From Candidatus Cloacimonadota bacterium (GTDB lineage: Bacteria > Cloacimonadota > Cloacimonadia > JGIOTU-2), in the NCBI GenBank assembly GCA_011043895.1, contig DRBZ01000006.1:1-35425 (forward strand): a DNA stretch of 35,425 nucleotides. Reading direction: 5' to 3'. Of this stretch, positions 1 to 10,102 are shown one piece after another. The notes below the pieces were generated by a model, which ran no database searches, had not been told where the DNA came from, and was given only the letters and a program-made list of their open reading frames with translations. The translations under genes and the position numbers were made by a program. The first letter of the stretch is position 1, and each line of letters starts with the position of its first letter.

Positions 1-133
1 GTAATTTTCCAACAAAATATATCGCAAACCCTTTATCTATAGTAATCCACAGAAATCACCTCCAAATTTTTGGGGGTATCCCTGTTTTCCGTAGCTGTAA
101 TATCTCACCTACTCTCAGATTTATTCCCGGATA

Positions 134-300
134 CTATTTCGATATAATCTTAAGCTGCATTACTTTTTAAAAATCTTCCAGATCTTTTTTGTTTCTCACT
201 TCAAAGGTGCAGGATTTTGATTTTCCAACGTTTTTTTGCTTGGATGTGCTGTCTGATTTCTTCTGATATGTCAAGTGCGGACACTTCTGGAAGATACTTT
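134..300 (-). pseudogene. Decayed 3' fragment of a small protein, resembling the DUF3788-family C-terminus
   Basis: Manual translation gives KYLPEVSALDISEEIRQHIQAK, then after a frameshift in an A-run NVGKSKSCTFEVRNKKDLEDF*KVMQLKIISK* (terminal stop 134-136). Family assignment is from recalled similarity only. Confidence 0.35.
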
Positions 301-312
301 AATGGAAAATAG

Positions 313-682
313 ATTGTTGCTTACAATTCATATAATTATGGTATCTGGGTAAGCGAAGCTCTTCCATCTATCACCTATTCTGATTTCTACGATAATGAAT
401 TTGAAAATTTTTTTGGTTGTGGAGATTCTGTTGGAAGTAATGTTTCCACAAACGTCAATGGAGATAGTTGCGATGTATATTATAATATCCAGGAAGATCC
501 GTTGTTCGTAGTTCCTGCAGATGAAGATTATCATCTAACCTGGACAGATTATTCATGATGAAATGAATGTTGGATAACATTCACTAACTTATCCGGTTAA
601 CAATTTATCATCTGGAATATATTTCATCATGATGAACATTGAGGGCAATGAAACGATCAGGAAGGTGGTATTGTTGAGATAA
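313..682 (+). pseudogene. Remnant of a secreted beta-helix-type protein with a T9SS/Por-type C-terminal tail
   Basis: Frame +1 (313-558) reads IVAYNSYNYGIWVSEALPSITYSDFYDN...NGDSCDVYYNIQEDPLFVVPADEDYHLTW. Frame +2 (551-682) reads ...VG*HSLTYPVNNLSSGIYFIMMNIEGNETIRKVVLLR*, a typical sorting-tail ending. There is no start codon, a frameshift and an internal stop. Confidence 0.65.
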
Positions 683-796
683 GAAGGATTTACTTTTTTT
701 GTGGTCATTCGAGTCTTTCATGGTTCACTCTTCTTACAATTCTGGACATAAAAATACCTTTTTTCTTTTTGTATGAAAATTTTATAAAGGGGCAAA

Positions 797-3700
797 ATGA
801 AAAAGATTTTGTGTACTCTCGCAGTTTTTATCCTTGCAAATACTGCTCTTTTTGCAGGCAAACATTTTACCTTTAACACAAAAGGTGATGGTATAGACAT
901 TCATTTTACAGATAGCAGAGCAACAGAGATTTTAGAAGAAAAGGTTATATCTACGACTATTACATTACCCTCAATGGATGTTGAAATCATTATCAACGAT
1001 TGTACAATTGCAGAATATTCCACTGATGGTGAACTTCTTTCTACATACAAAGGGAGTGCGGGTCAAAGAATCGCCGTAGCAAATAGTTTTGCATTTCGTG
1101 AACTGATCGGACATACTATCACTATTAAGAATGTAATTTACGATAAAGAAAAGGATATATACTCCGAAATAGTATCTGCAGATATCTCGGTCATCCCAAG
1201 AGGGCAGTTCAATTATCCGGGAAGCATCTCAAGAGTGTATAAACCTGTATATAGAAGTTTGGTAGAAAACTTCGATTCGTCCTATCTGGCTGGACTTCCC
1301 ACTGAGCCATCCAAAATGCTTATTATTTGTCATCAAATTCTGGCAAATTACATTCAGGATTTCATTAACTGGAAAGAAGCAAAGGGTATAGAGTGCCAGG
1401 TAGCAACTCTTGATGAAACCGGCACAACTTCTAATGAAGTAAAGGCATACATTCAGCAGGTATATGATACGTCAGATGTGCCACCGGATTATGTACTCCT
1501 CATCGGAGATGTTGACGATTATTTTGCAGTTCCTTCCTTCTATTTTAGCGCAGAAAATGATGTGTCGGATCATCCATACTCAATGCTTGCAGGTTCTGAT
1601 TATTTTCCTGAGGTAATAGTTGGTAGAATTTCAATCGATGAAGTAAATCAGCTTTGGACAATCATAAACAAAGTTGTATCATATGAAAAAACACCATATG
1701 TAACTGAACCCGAATGGTTGAAAAAAGCGCTTGTGGTAGCTGGAAATTACAGCACAACACCTCCCACGCCAAGTACTCCTGTAAAAGTATCCCGCTGGTT
1801 ACGTGACAAAATGTTGAATTATGGATTTTCTCAGGTTGATACGGTTTTCTATCCTCCCATATATCCAGGCACTTCAGAGATCATCAGCAGAATAAATGCA
1901 GGAATCAGTTTTCTTAATTACCGTGGATGGGGTGACGCCAATGGATGGCATTATCCAGAGTTCCATGTCAGTGACATGACCAGTTTGAGCAACGGCTTAT
2001 TAACCCCAGTTGTGACATCTTTTGTGTGTAATACAGGTGATTTTGCAAATACTTCTGCTGATCCTTGTTTTGGAGAAGCAATCACCCAGCTTGGTACACC
2101 CACCGCTCCTCAGGGAGGAGTTGTTTTTATCGGTCCTTCGGATCTGCACACAAGCACAAAATTAAATAATTCAATATTTTCCGGATTTTATTATGGTTTA
2201 CTCGACGAAGGGATCTATGATTTTGGCTCGGCAGTGCTTCGAGGAAAAGTTGAGCTATATCATAATTTCCCCCTGCAACAAGCACCTGGAGAGCAGGTTG
2301 AATTTTATTTTCATGTATATAATATTCTCGGAGATCCCAGTCTCACTATGTGGACAACGATTCCGGAGGAAATCGATTGCACACTTCCGGGTTCACTGAG
2401 TATCGGGACAAATTATCTGGATATTGCATGTCCAAATCTTGATGATGCTGTTGTTACTGCGATTAAAGATGGTGAGTTCTACAGTGTGGAAATGATTGAA
2501 AATGGACAGACAACATTGGCAATCTCCCCACAATCCGAGGGCACTATGACAATAACAATTACCAGCCCTAATTATATTCCATTCATTCAGGATATAGATG
2601 TTATTCAGGAAACAGTTGATGTTGGTGTACTTAGTTATGATGCTGATCCCGCTCTTGTTGCTGGAAGTACAAGCGATATCAATATAACGCTGAAAAATTA
2701 TGGAACTGGTTCTGCTGGAGGAGTACAGGCAACGCTTTCTTCCAATAGTGATTATGTAAATATCGGAACACCTACACAATCCTTTGGCGATATTGCTGCT
2801 GGGGAAACAGCAGATGGTTCTTATGACGTTACTATGGACGTCGAAACTCCCGATAATGAGGTTATAGAATTTACTCTTGCAATATCTCCTGATAATATAG
2901 CTAAAATCTCTATGTTAACTTCTTCTCTTGTCTTTGAGGTTGATGCAGTTAATGTAGTGACAGATAATGGCTGGCTTATCTCAGGGCAAACTAATGAGAT
3001 CCATGTAACAATAAAAAATATCGGTTCTCTTGATGGAAACAATATTCAAGGAACCTTATCAGTTTACAGCGATGCTGCAACTATGATATCTAACCAAGCA
3101 TCGTTTGGAACTATTACTGCAGGTACTACTGGTCAGGGGACATTTGATGTGGAAATCTCTGCTAACTGCTTCATCGGCAGGAACATTCCTTTTGAGCTGG
3201 TTTTAACCGATGAAGAGGGGAGAATTGACCATGTATATTTTTCCCTGGAAGTAGGTCCTGTAGATACTTCGGCTCCAACCGGACCTGATGCGTATGGGTA
3301 TTATGCCTATGATAGCTATGATGTTGATTATGATGAAGTGCCAACCTACGAGTGGATTGAAATCGACCCGAATGAAGGTGGACTGGGCGAAGTAATTTTG
3401 ATGGTTGATGATGATTCAGAAACCATCGATCTGCCTTTCGATTTTACCTTTTATGGAGAAATTTTCAATGAGATAACTATCTGTTCGAATGGATGGATAT
3501 CTTTTATTACCAATAATTGGACGAATTTCAGAAATTGGGATATTCCTTCAGCCCTAGGACCTTATGGGCAAGTTTGTGCATATTGGGATGATCTTATTGG
3601 AGAAACCTTTACAATCAACGATACAATTTATCATCATGATATGCGGATATGCCATTATTACGATGCAGCACAAAATAGATTTATCATTGAATGGAATGGA

Positions 3701-4285
3701 TGCGTGAACAGATTTGATGATACTTCTGTAGAGAAATTTGAATTGATACTCTTTGATCCTGCTTACACGCCTGCAAATGATGGCAATGGAGAAATCCAGA
3801 TAAATTATAAAACGATAAATAATCCGGATGCTACGAGCAATTATAGTACGGTTGGCATTGAGAATCTCGATCAATCTGATGGAGTACTTTATACGTATGC
3901 AAATGTGTATCCTGCAAGTGCTACTGAACTCGAGAACGAATTGGCAATCAAATTTACCACCGATCCTCCTGATCCCTATTATGATTTTGATGAATCGGAA
4001 ATTGAAACAGTTACACTTCAGATCTATCCTCAACCAACTGAAGGTATAACGCAGATAAGTTATAAAAGAAAAGAGATTTCGCCAGATCAGATTACTGCAT
4101 CGATCTACAATATTAAAGGGCAGAAGATCATAGAACTGACACCAGAAACCTCAGAGGATAAGGTTATAATCTTAACCTGGGATGGTCGGAATGAAGCTCA
4201 AAATGCTGTACCAAATGGAATATACTTTATCAAGATAAGAGATAATAAAACTCAGATTATTGATAAAATAATTCTTTTAAAATAG
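797..4285 (+). CDS. Secreted gingipain-like peptidase C25 family protein with propeptide, Ig-like repeats and FlgD/T9SS-type C-terminal domain
   Basis: Signal peptide MKKILCTLAVFILANTALFA; C25 motifs YVLLIGD, PEVIVGRI, NYRGWG, VCNTGDF, YNILGDPS; two ITLKNYG/VTIKNIG Ig-like repeats; PTGPDAYGY and LPFDFTFYG..ICSNGW segment; tail IYPQP..IYNIKGQ..WDGRN..NGIYF..KIILLK. Confidence 0.9.
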   Translation: MKKILCTLAVFILANTALFAGKHFTFNTKGDGIDIHFTDSRATEILEEKVISTTITLPSMDVEIIINDCTIAEYSTDGELLSTYKGSAGQRIAVANSFAFRELIGHTITIKNVIYDKEKDIYSEIVSADISVIPRGQFNYPGSISRVYKPVYRSLVENFDSSYLAGLPTEPSKMLIICHQILANYIQDFINWKEAKGIECQVATLDETGTTSNEVKAYIQQVYDTSDVPPDYVLLIGDVDDYFAVPSFYFSAENDVSDHPYSMLAGSDYFPEVIVGRISIDEVNQLWTIINKVVSYEKTPYVTEPEWLKKALVVAGNYSTTPPTPSTPVKVSRWLRDKMLNYGFSQVDTVFYPPIYPGTSEIISRINAGISFLNYRGWGDANGWHYPEFHVSDMTSLSNGLLTPVVTSFVCNTGDFANTSADPCFGEAITQLGTPTAPQGGVVFIGPSDLHTSTKLNNSIFSGFYYGLLDEGIYDFGSAVLRGKVELYHNFPLQQAPGEQVEFYFHVYNILGDPSLTMWTTIPEEIDCTLPGSLSIGTNYLDIACPNLDDAVVTAIKDGEFYSVEMIENGQTTLAISPQSEGTMTITITSPNYIPFIQDIDVIQETVDVGVLSYDADPALVAGSTSDINITLKNYGTGSAGGVQATLSSNSDYVNIGTPTQSFGDIAAGETADGSYDVTMDVETPDNEVIEFTLAISPDNIAKISMLTSSLVFEVDAVNVVTDNGWLISGQTNEIHVTIKNIGSLDGNNIQGTLSVYSDAATMISNQASFGTITAGTTGQGTFDVEISANCFIGRNIPFELVLTDEEGRIDHVYFSLEVGPVDTSAPTGPDAYGYYAYDSYDVDYDEVPTYEWIEIDPNEGGLGEVILMVDDDSETIDLPFDFTFYGEIFNEITICSNGWISFITNNWTNFRNWDIPSALGPYGQVCAYWDDLIGETFTINDTIYHHDMRICHYYDAAQNRFIIEWNGCVNRFDDTSVEKFELILFDPAYTPANDGNGEIQINYKTINNPDATSNYSTVGIENLDQSDGVLYTYANVYPASATELENELAIKFTTDPPDPYYDFDESEIETVTLQIYPQPTEGITQISYKRKEISPDQITASIYNIKGQKIIELTPETSEDKVIILTWDGRNEAQNAVPNGIYFIKIRDNKTQIIDKIILLK

Positions 4286-4301
4286 GAAATAGGAGTACAA
4301 A

Positions 4302-5747
4302 GTGAAAGACCTTTTACAACTTGCCTTGGATGCTGCAATCTTGCACGGAGCATCCTATGCTGATATTCGTATAATAAACCTAAAAAATCAGAGTCTTGAG
4401 GTGAAGAATGGTGACCTTGAGACACTCGATAATAGCGACTCTCTCGGATTTGGTATTCGAGTGATTGCAAATGGTTCATGGGGATTTGCATCAAGTTCGA
4501 TCGTAACGAATAACGAGATTAAAAAAGTTGCGAAACAATCGGTCAAGATCGCCAAAGCTTCTGCCACACTACGGAAAAACAGTATTATCCTTGCACCAGA
4601 ACCTGTGCATCAGGATATTTGGACATCACCATATATTATCGATCCATTTGAGGTTTCAACAGAAGAAAAACTAGAGCTTCTCTATAAAATCAATAGCATT
4701 CTCAGGAAAAAAGACAAAATAAAAGTAGCGGAATCTTCGATGAGTTTCCTAAAAGAACATCAGTGGATGGCAAACACAGAGGGTACCTTTATCGAACAAA
4801 TATTACTCAGAAGTGGTGGAGGATATTCTGCCACTGCAGTTGATGGACCAAATGTTCAGGTTCGATCATATCCAGCTTCTTTTGGAGGACAATACTCGCA
4901 GATGGGATATGAGTTCATACTTGGAACTCCCTTTGTTGAGAATGCAGAACGGATTCGTGAAGAAGCGATTGCATTACTGGATGCTCCTGATTGCCCGGTT
5001 GGTGAGAAGGATCTGATCCTTGAAGGAAGCCAGCTTGCCCTACAGATACATGAATCCATCGGGCATCCTTCCGAGCTGGACAGAGTGCTTGGTATGGAAG
5101 CAAATTATGCAGGAACAAGCTTCCTTACTACTGATCTCTACAGAGATTTTCATTATGGTTCATCAATCGTAAATGTGGTAGCTGATTCGACCGTGCCAAC
5201 AGGGCTTGCAACCTTTGGATATGACGATGATGGCGTTCGTGCACAGCGTTATCATATGATACAGAATGGATTATACAAGATGTATCTGACAAACCGTGAA
5301 CTTGCGCATGTCATAGGAGATAAAAGAAGTCGGGGATGTAATCGAGCTGACGGTTATGACAATATTCCAATGATCCGTATGGTAAATATTTCACTTATGC
5401 CTGTTCTGGGGACTCTTGATGAGCTTATAGCAGATACAAAAGATGGAATCCTTATGGAGACCAACAAAACCTGGAGTATTGATCAACGGCGTTTGAATTT
5501 TCAATTCACTACAGAAATGGGTTGGGAGATCAAAAATGGTAAGAAGGTTAGAATGGTAAAAAATCCCACCTATCAAGGCATTACTCCAAAATTCTGGCAG
5601 AGTTGCGATGCGATCTGCGGTGAAGAGGAATGGCAACTCTGGGGTGTGCCAAATTGTGGGAAAGGACAACCTGGACAAACAGCAGAGATGTCTCACGGTG
5701 CAGCACCAGCACGATTCAGAAAAGTTACAGTCGGAGTAAATAAATGA
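4302..5747 (+). CDS. tldD: TldD family metalloprotease
   Basis: N-terminal YADIR and GFGIRV..GSWGFASS; metal motif HESIGH (HExxxH); C-terminal CGKGQP; GTG start after AGGAG. Confidence 0.92.
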   Translation: MKDLLQLALDAAILHGASYADIRIINLKNQSLEVKNGDLETLDNSDSLGFGIRVIANGSWGFASSSIVTNNEIKKVAKQSVKIAKASATLRKNSIILAPEPVHQDIWTSPYIIDPFEVSTEEKLELLYKINSILRKKDKIKVAESSMSFLKEHQWMANTEGTFIEQILLRSGGGYSATAVDGPNVQVRSYPASFGGQYSQMGYEFILGTPFVENAERIREEAIALLDAPDCPVGEKDLILEGSQLALQIHESIGHPSELDRVLGMEANYAGTSFLTTDLYRDFHYGSSIVNVVADSTVPTGLATFGYDDDGVRAQRYHMIQNGLYKMYLTNRELAHVIGDKRSRGCNRADGYDNIPMIRMVNISLMPVLGTLDELIADTKDGILMETNKTWSIDQRRLNFQFTTEMGWEIKNGKKVRMVKNPTYQGITPKFWQSCDAICGEEEWQLWGVPNCGKGQPGQTAEMSHGAAPARFRKVTVGVNK

Positions 5748-7351
5748 TGAAACTAGTTACATTTATATTAGTTCTATTAATTCTGTTCATAGCTTCTTGT
5801 TCGTTGTTTAAACCCTATTCAGCCAAGGATATTGAATCGAGCATTCCGATTGAGTATCGTGAAAAGGTACTGGAAACACTTGATGAAGCTGGTGATAACC
5901 AGAAGGAATTGCTCAAGGTGCTCTATCACTATAAAAATGATCCTCAAAAGCTGGAAGCAGCATCTTTTCTTATTGCTTATATGCCCGATCATGGCTATGC
6001 AAACGTCGCACTGGTCGATTCTCTTGGAGAAAAAGTTCCCCTCAATGTGATGGATTTTGAAACAGCACAAGAGGTTCAGACGCATATTGATTTTCTTGAG
6101 AAGGAGTTGGGCGAGCTTCAGTACAAACTTATAGAAAAAAGAGAGGATGAGAAAACGATCACCGCAGATTATTTGATTAATGATATCGATCTTGCTTTTC
6201 ATGCCTATGAAACTTTGCCCTGGACAAAGCAATATTCATGGGAAGATTTTAAAGAATATATTCTTCCATACCGAGGATCATCAGAGCCAATTTCAAACTG
6301 GAGACGATATTTCTGGGAAGAATTTGCAGATCTGAGGGATTCCACAAATGACGCACTAGAGCTTGCTTTTCTTGTGAATGACAGAGCTCGAAAGTTGTTC
6401 ACCTTCAAAGATGTTTTCTATTACCATCCAGCGGATCAAGGGCTTGAAGACATGCTTAAAAATGGGTATGGTCGCTGTGAAGATATGACTAATTTTGCGA
6501 TCTATGCTATGCGTGCTAATGGATTGGCTATCACCAGTGATTACACTCCATACTGGCCGGATAGATCCAATAATCATGCGTGGAACTCAATAGTTTTGCC
6601 CGATGGAGAAGTGATACCTTTCATGGGTTCAGAAGCGAATCCGGGAAGCTATAACCTGCAGGATAGAATAGCAAAAGTATATCGAAAGCTCTTTTCTCAG
6701 GAAAAGGGTACCCTTGAGCAGCTCATGCCAGATTCCCTGAAAGCACCACCATGGCTTGGATATAGCAATTTCAGAGATGTTACGAATAAATATGTAAATG
6801 TTTCTGATGTAAAAGTAAATGTTGATACAGAAGAACTTTTCCTATACATTGCAGTGTATAATGACAATAAATGGAATCCGATCCATTGGGGTGAAGTTGT
6901 GGATAACAATTCAGTAACGTTTACTGCCATGGGTCGGGATATTGCGTATCTACCAGTTTCTTATGAAGTTGTTGATACAATAGTGGTTGATGATGAAGAA
7001 AAACCACAATACGAGGTAATCCCTGCAGCAGCACCTTTTATTCTAACCACGGAAGGTATTCCTGAATATTTTGATAATTCTCCATTTGCCGGGCGAGAAA
7101 AGATCAATCAAGAGTTCAGCATGCACAAAACCGGACATGGTAGAGCTAACAAAATAAAAATGGATAGCACATATACATGGTTTGCATGGGCAGAGAATGA
7201 TTGGGAAGTCCTAGCTGATACAACAGCAGCCAGTGATTCACTGGTTTTTGAGTATTATTATCCAAATTCATTATACAAAGTAGAGGAAGAATGTCTTCAT
7301 CCTGATCCGAGGATTTTTACCGTTGAAGACGGAGAAGTCATTTTCTGGTAA
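5744..7351 (+). CDS. Transglutaminase-like domain lipoprotein
   Basis: Lipobox-like LFIASC after a hydrophobic signal; FKEYILPYR..EP..WR motif; nucleophile motif GRCEDM and NHAWN; ATGA overlap with the tldD stop. Confidence 0.8.
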   Translation: MMKLVTFILVLLILFIASCSLFKPYSAKDIESSIPIEYREKVLETLDEAGDNQKELLKVLYHYKNDPQKLEAASFLIAYMPDHGYANVALVDSLGEKVPLNVMDFETAQEVQTHIDFLEKELGELQYKLIEKREDEKTITADYLINDIDLAFHAYETLPWTKQYSWEDFKEYILPYRGSSEPISNWRRYFWEEFADLRDSTNDALELAFLVNDRARKLFTFKDVFYYHPADQGLEDMLKNGYGRCEDMTNFAIYAMRANGLAITSDYTPYWPDRSNNHAWNSIVLPDGEVIPFMGSEANPGSYNLQDRIAKVYRKLFSQEKGTLEQLMPDSLKAPPWLGYSNFRDVTNKYVNVSDVKVNVDTEELFLYIAVYNDNKWNPIHWGEVVDNNSVTFTAMGRDIAYLPVSYEVVDTIVVDDEEKPQYEVIPAAAPFILTTEGIPEYFDNSPFAGREKINQEFSMHKTGHGRANKIKMDSTYTWFAWAENDWEVLADTTAASDSLVFEYYYPNSLYKVEEECLHPDPRIFTVEDGEVIFW

Positions 7352-7373
7352 AAATTTTTAACCAAAAATCGAC

Positions 7374-7405
7374 GAAGGCGAGGATGCACATCCTCGCTTT
7401 CTTTT
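7374..7405 (+). terminator. Intrinsic terminator between the convergent TGase and ALDH genes
   Basis: Inverted repeat GCGAGGATG / CATCCTCGC followed by TTTCTTTT. Confidence 0.75.
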
Positions 7406-7425
7406 ATGCTCGTTTTGCTGTTATA

Positions 7426-8838
7426 TCATATCACAAGCAGTTTCAACTCGGTCATTTCCTCAATAGAGTATCTGACTCCTTCACGTCCGAAACCTGAATT
7501 TTTCACACCGCCATAGGGCATCTGGTCAACACGGAAAGTAGGAGTATTATTGATGATTACCCCGCCCACTTCCAATTTTTTGAATGCAGTTTTTGTGTGT
7601 TGTAGATTATTAGTAAATACTCCTGCCTGAAGTCCGTAATCAGAATTATTTACCATGTCGATCGCCTGTTCAAATTGAGTAAAAGGAGTGAGGGTAACGA
7701 TTGGAGCAAATACTTCATTCTTTTCAACCTTCATGGCAGGTGTGGTATCGGTCAGTATCGTTGCCTGAAGTTTTGTGCCTTCACGATTTCCACCACAACA
7801 AATTTTTGCTCCTAGTTTGGTAGCTTCATCGATCCAGCTCTCAGCTCGTATTGCTTCCTGCTCGTTTATCATACAGTTGAGGAATGCTTCCCCATCAAGT
7901 GGATGGCCGATTGTAAGATTTTTAGTCTTTTCTGTAAATTTTGCTGAGAATTCATCAAATTTGGATTTATGAATGAAGATTCTCTGCGTGTGTATACAAA
8001 CCTGCCCGGCATAGGCAAATCCGCCCACTAATGATTTCTCGACAGCAGCATCAATATCAGCATCTTCATCAATGATAACTCCCGCATTTCCACCAAGTTC
8101 AAGACAGACTTTCTTTTTGCCGCACTGATCTTTGAGCTTCCATCCGACAGGAGGACTTCCGGTAAAGCTTATCATTTTGATGCCTTCACTTTTCACGGCG
8201 CTCATTATTTCTGCACCTGGGCAGGGAAGTACTGACAGCATACCATCCGGTACGTATTTTATCACAATTTCTGCAAGATTGAGCGCTGAAAGGGGTGCCA
8301 ACGAGGATGGTTTTATAATGATCGGATTACCGACTGCAAGTGCAGGGGCAACCTTGTGTGCAACCAGATTCAAGGGAAAATTAAAAGGTGTTATTCCAAG
8401 TACGGTACCCAGAGGGAATCGTTTGACTAAAGCGCTTTTTTTTTCACCTTTTGGAACACTATCCAAATCGAAGTATTCACCATCGATACGTTTCGATTCC
8501 TCAGCAGCAAGTATGAACGTTTGTACAGCTCTCTGTACCTCTCCCCTTGCAAAATTGATATTCTTACCACATTCAAGCGCTAGAGTTTCTGCAAATGATT
8601 CTGCAGAATTTTCGATATCTCGTGCAATTGCAATTAAGATTTCTGCACGTTTCCATGTAGGCATATTCTTTGTTTGTGGAAAAAATGCTGCTGCTTTTTT
8701 TATCGCCTGTTGTATATGCGTTTCATTCGCCAAAGATACGTCTCCCACAATTTCATTATCATGGGGGCATAGTACTGTTTTAGATTCCTTGGTTTTTACG
8801 GGTGTGTTGCCTATAAAAAGCGGATATTCTTTACTCAT
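7426..8838 (-). CDS. NAD(P)-dependent aldehyde dehydrogenase
   Basis: Motifs ITPFNFPLN, KPS, FTGS, LELGGNA, catalytic AGQVC, EVFAP, YGLQAGVFT, PYGGVKNSGFGREG. The start was moved to MSKEYPLF (8838), which has AGAAGG upstream. Confidence 0.93.
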   Translation of the reverse strand: MSKEYPLFIGNTPVKTKESKTVLCPHDNEIVGDVSLANETHIQQAIKKAAAFFPQTKNMPTWKRAEILIAIARDIENSAESFAETLALECGKNINFARGEVQRAVQTFILAAEESKRIDGEYFDLDSVPKGEKKSALVKRFPLGTVLGITPFNFPLNLVAHKVAPALAVGNPIIIKPSSLAPLSALNLAEIVIKYVPDGMLSVLPCPGAEIMSAVKSEGIKMISFTGSPPVGWKLKDQCGKKKVCLELGGNAGVIIDEDADIDAAVEKSLVGGFAYAGQVCIHTQRIFIHKSKFDEFSAKFTEKTKNLTIGHPLDGEAFLNCMINEQEAIRAESWIDEATKLGAKICCGGNREGTKLQATILTDTTPAMKVEKNEVFAPIVTLTPFTQFEQAIDMVNNSDYGLQAGVFTNNLQHTKTAFKKLEVGGVIINNTPTFRVDQMPYGGVKNSGFGREGVRYSIEEMTELKLLVI

Positions 8839-8967
8839 ATAAAACCTTCTTCTGAGTTTATAAAAAGTATCCATAGAATTAATTTGTGATGTCAAATTTT
8901 TTAAAACAAGCAGAATATTAAATCTATCGAAAGAGAATCCCCAAAAATATAATTTTTTACGAAATCC

Positions 8968-8995
8968 TTGCAATTTATTGAATTTTGTATACACT
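8968..8995 (+). promoter_or_regulatory. Candidate sigma70 promoter for hflKC
   Basis: TTGCAA-N16-TACACT in the divergent ALDH/hflK intergenic region. Confidence 0.3.
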
Positions 8996-9120
8996 TTTAG
9001 TAAATATGATAGATAAAAACAAATTGCGCAATGAAATCTATGTTGTTTTACAGAATCAGAATTCTCGTTTATTAAACAGTAAAATTATAACATCATTTGT
9101 TACAACAATCAGGAGTTAAG

Positions 9121-10101
9121 ATGAATTCAACACTACAAAAATTTGAGGAGATCGATTTCCGTCGATTCAGGATGCCGAAACAATTTGTTATCATCGGACT
9201 AATCATTCTGGTGGTCATCATTTTCATCATCACAGGTCTTTACAGTATCAATCCTGAAGAAGTTGGTGTGGTACAACGTTTTGGAAAGTATCATTCAACT
9301 ACTCAACCGGGATTACATTTCAAGATGCCTTTTGGTATAGACAAACTCACAAAAGTTAAAGTAAAACGTGTTTTTAAGGAAGAATTTGGATTCAGGACTA
9401 TTGAAGCAGGCGTACGCACACGGTATTCTTCCCAAAGTTATGAAAACGAATCGATTATGCTAACAGGGGATCTCAATATTGCAGATGTACAGTGGATTGT
9501 TCAATATAGAATCAAAGATCCCGTACAATATCTGTTTAACGTTAGGAATGTTGAGGAGACCATGAGAGATTTAGCAGAATCAGTTATAAGAGAAGTAGTA
9601 GGTGACCGAAGCGTTGATGAAGTAATTGTACTTAACAGAAAAGAGATTGCTGATAAATCACAGATTATGCTTCAGGAACAGATTGATATTTATAAAGCAG
9701 GACTTGAAATTGTTACCATAAATCTTCAAAATGTCAATCCTCCTAAAGCAGTACAGCCTGCATTTAACAACGTTAACTCATCAAAACAGGAGAAAGAGCG
9801 GATAATCAATGAAGCACTGGAAAAATATAATGAGATTATTCCGGAAGCTGAGGGACAGGCAAAGAGGACTATAGAAGAAGCAGAGGGATATGCAATTGAC
9901 AGGGTCAACAGAGCAAGTGGTGACGCAGATCGTTTTGTTCAGATGTATGATCAGTATAAGAACGCAAAATCTGTAACAAAGAAAAGACTCTATCTGGAAA
10001 TGATGGAAAAAGTACTTCCCAATGTTGAGAAAAAATATATAGTGGATGATGCTCAGAGTGGAATATTACCTCTCCTCAATCTTAATGAAGGAGGAAAATA
10101 A
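9121..10101 (+). CDS. hflK: FtsH protease modulator HflK
   Basis: N-terminal TM helix; SPFH motifs GVVQRFGK..PGLHF, MLTGDLNI, VQPAFNNV; RLYLEMMEKVL; ATG at 9121 after AGGAG. Confidence 0.93.
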   Translation: MNSTLQKFEEIDFRRFRMPKQFVIIGLIILVVIIFIITGLYSINPEEVGVVQRFGKYHSTTQPGLHFKMPFGIDKLTKVKVKRVFKEEFGFRTIEAGVRTRYSSQSYENESIMLTGDLNIADVQWIVQYRIKDPVQYLFNVRNVEETMRDLAESVIREVVGDRSVDEVIVLNRKEIADKSQIMLQEQIDIYKAGLEIVTINLQNVNPPKAVQPAFNNVNSSKQEKERIINEALEKYNEIIPEAEGQAKRTIEEAEGYAIDRVNRASGDADRFVQMYDQYKNAKSVTKKRLYLEMMEKVLPNVEKKYIVDDAQSGILPLLNLNEGGK

Positions 10102-10102
10102 G

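Noticed and set aside
328-534. 68-aa - strand ORF
   Set aside because: Antisense shadow of the + strand pseudogene fragment, which carries the recognisable motifs.
8132-8842. 236-aa + strand ORF
   Set aside because: Lies antisense to the well-supported ALDH, is Ser/Ala/Ile-rich and has no motifs; a typical shadow ORF.
8839-8994. 52-aa N-terminal extension of ALDH in the ORF track
   Set aside because: AT-rich intergenic-like sequence; an RBS precedes the Met at 8838, where family similarity begins.
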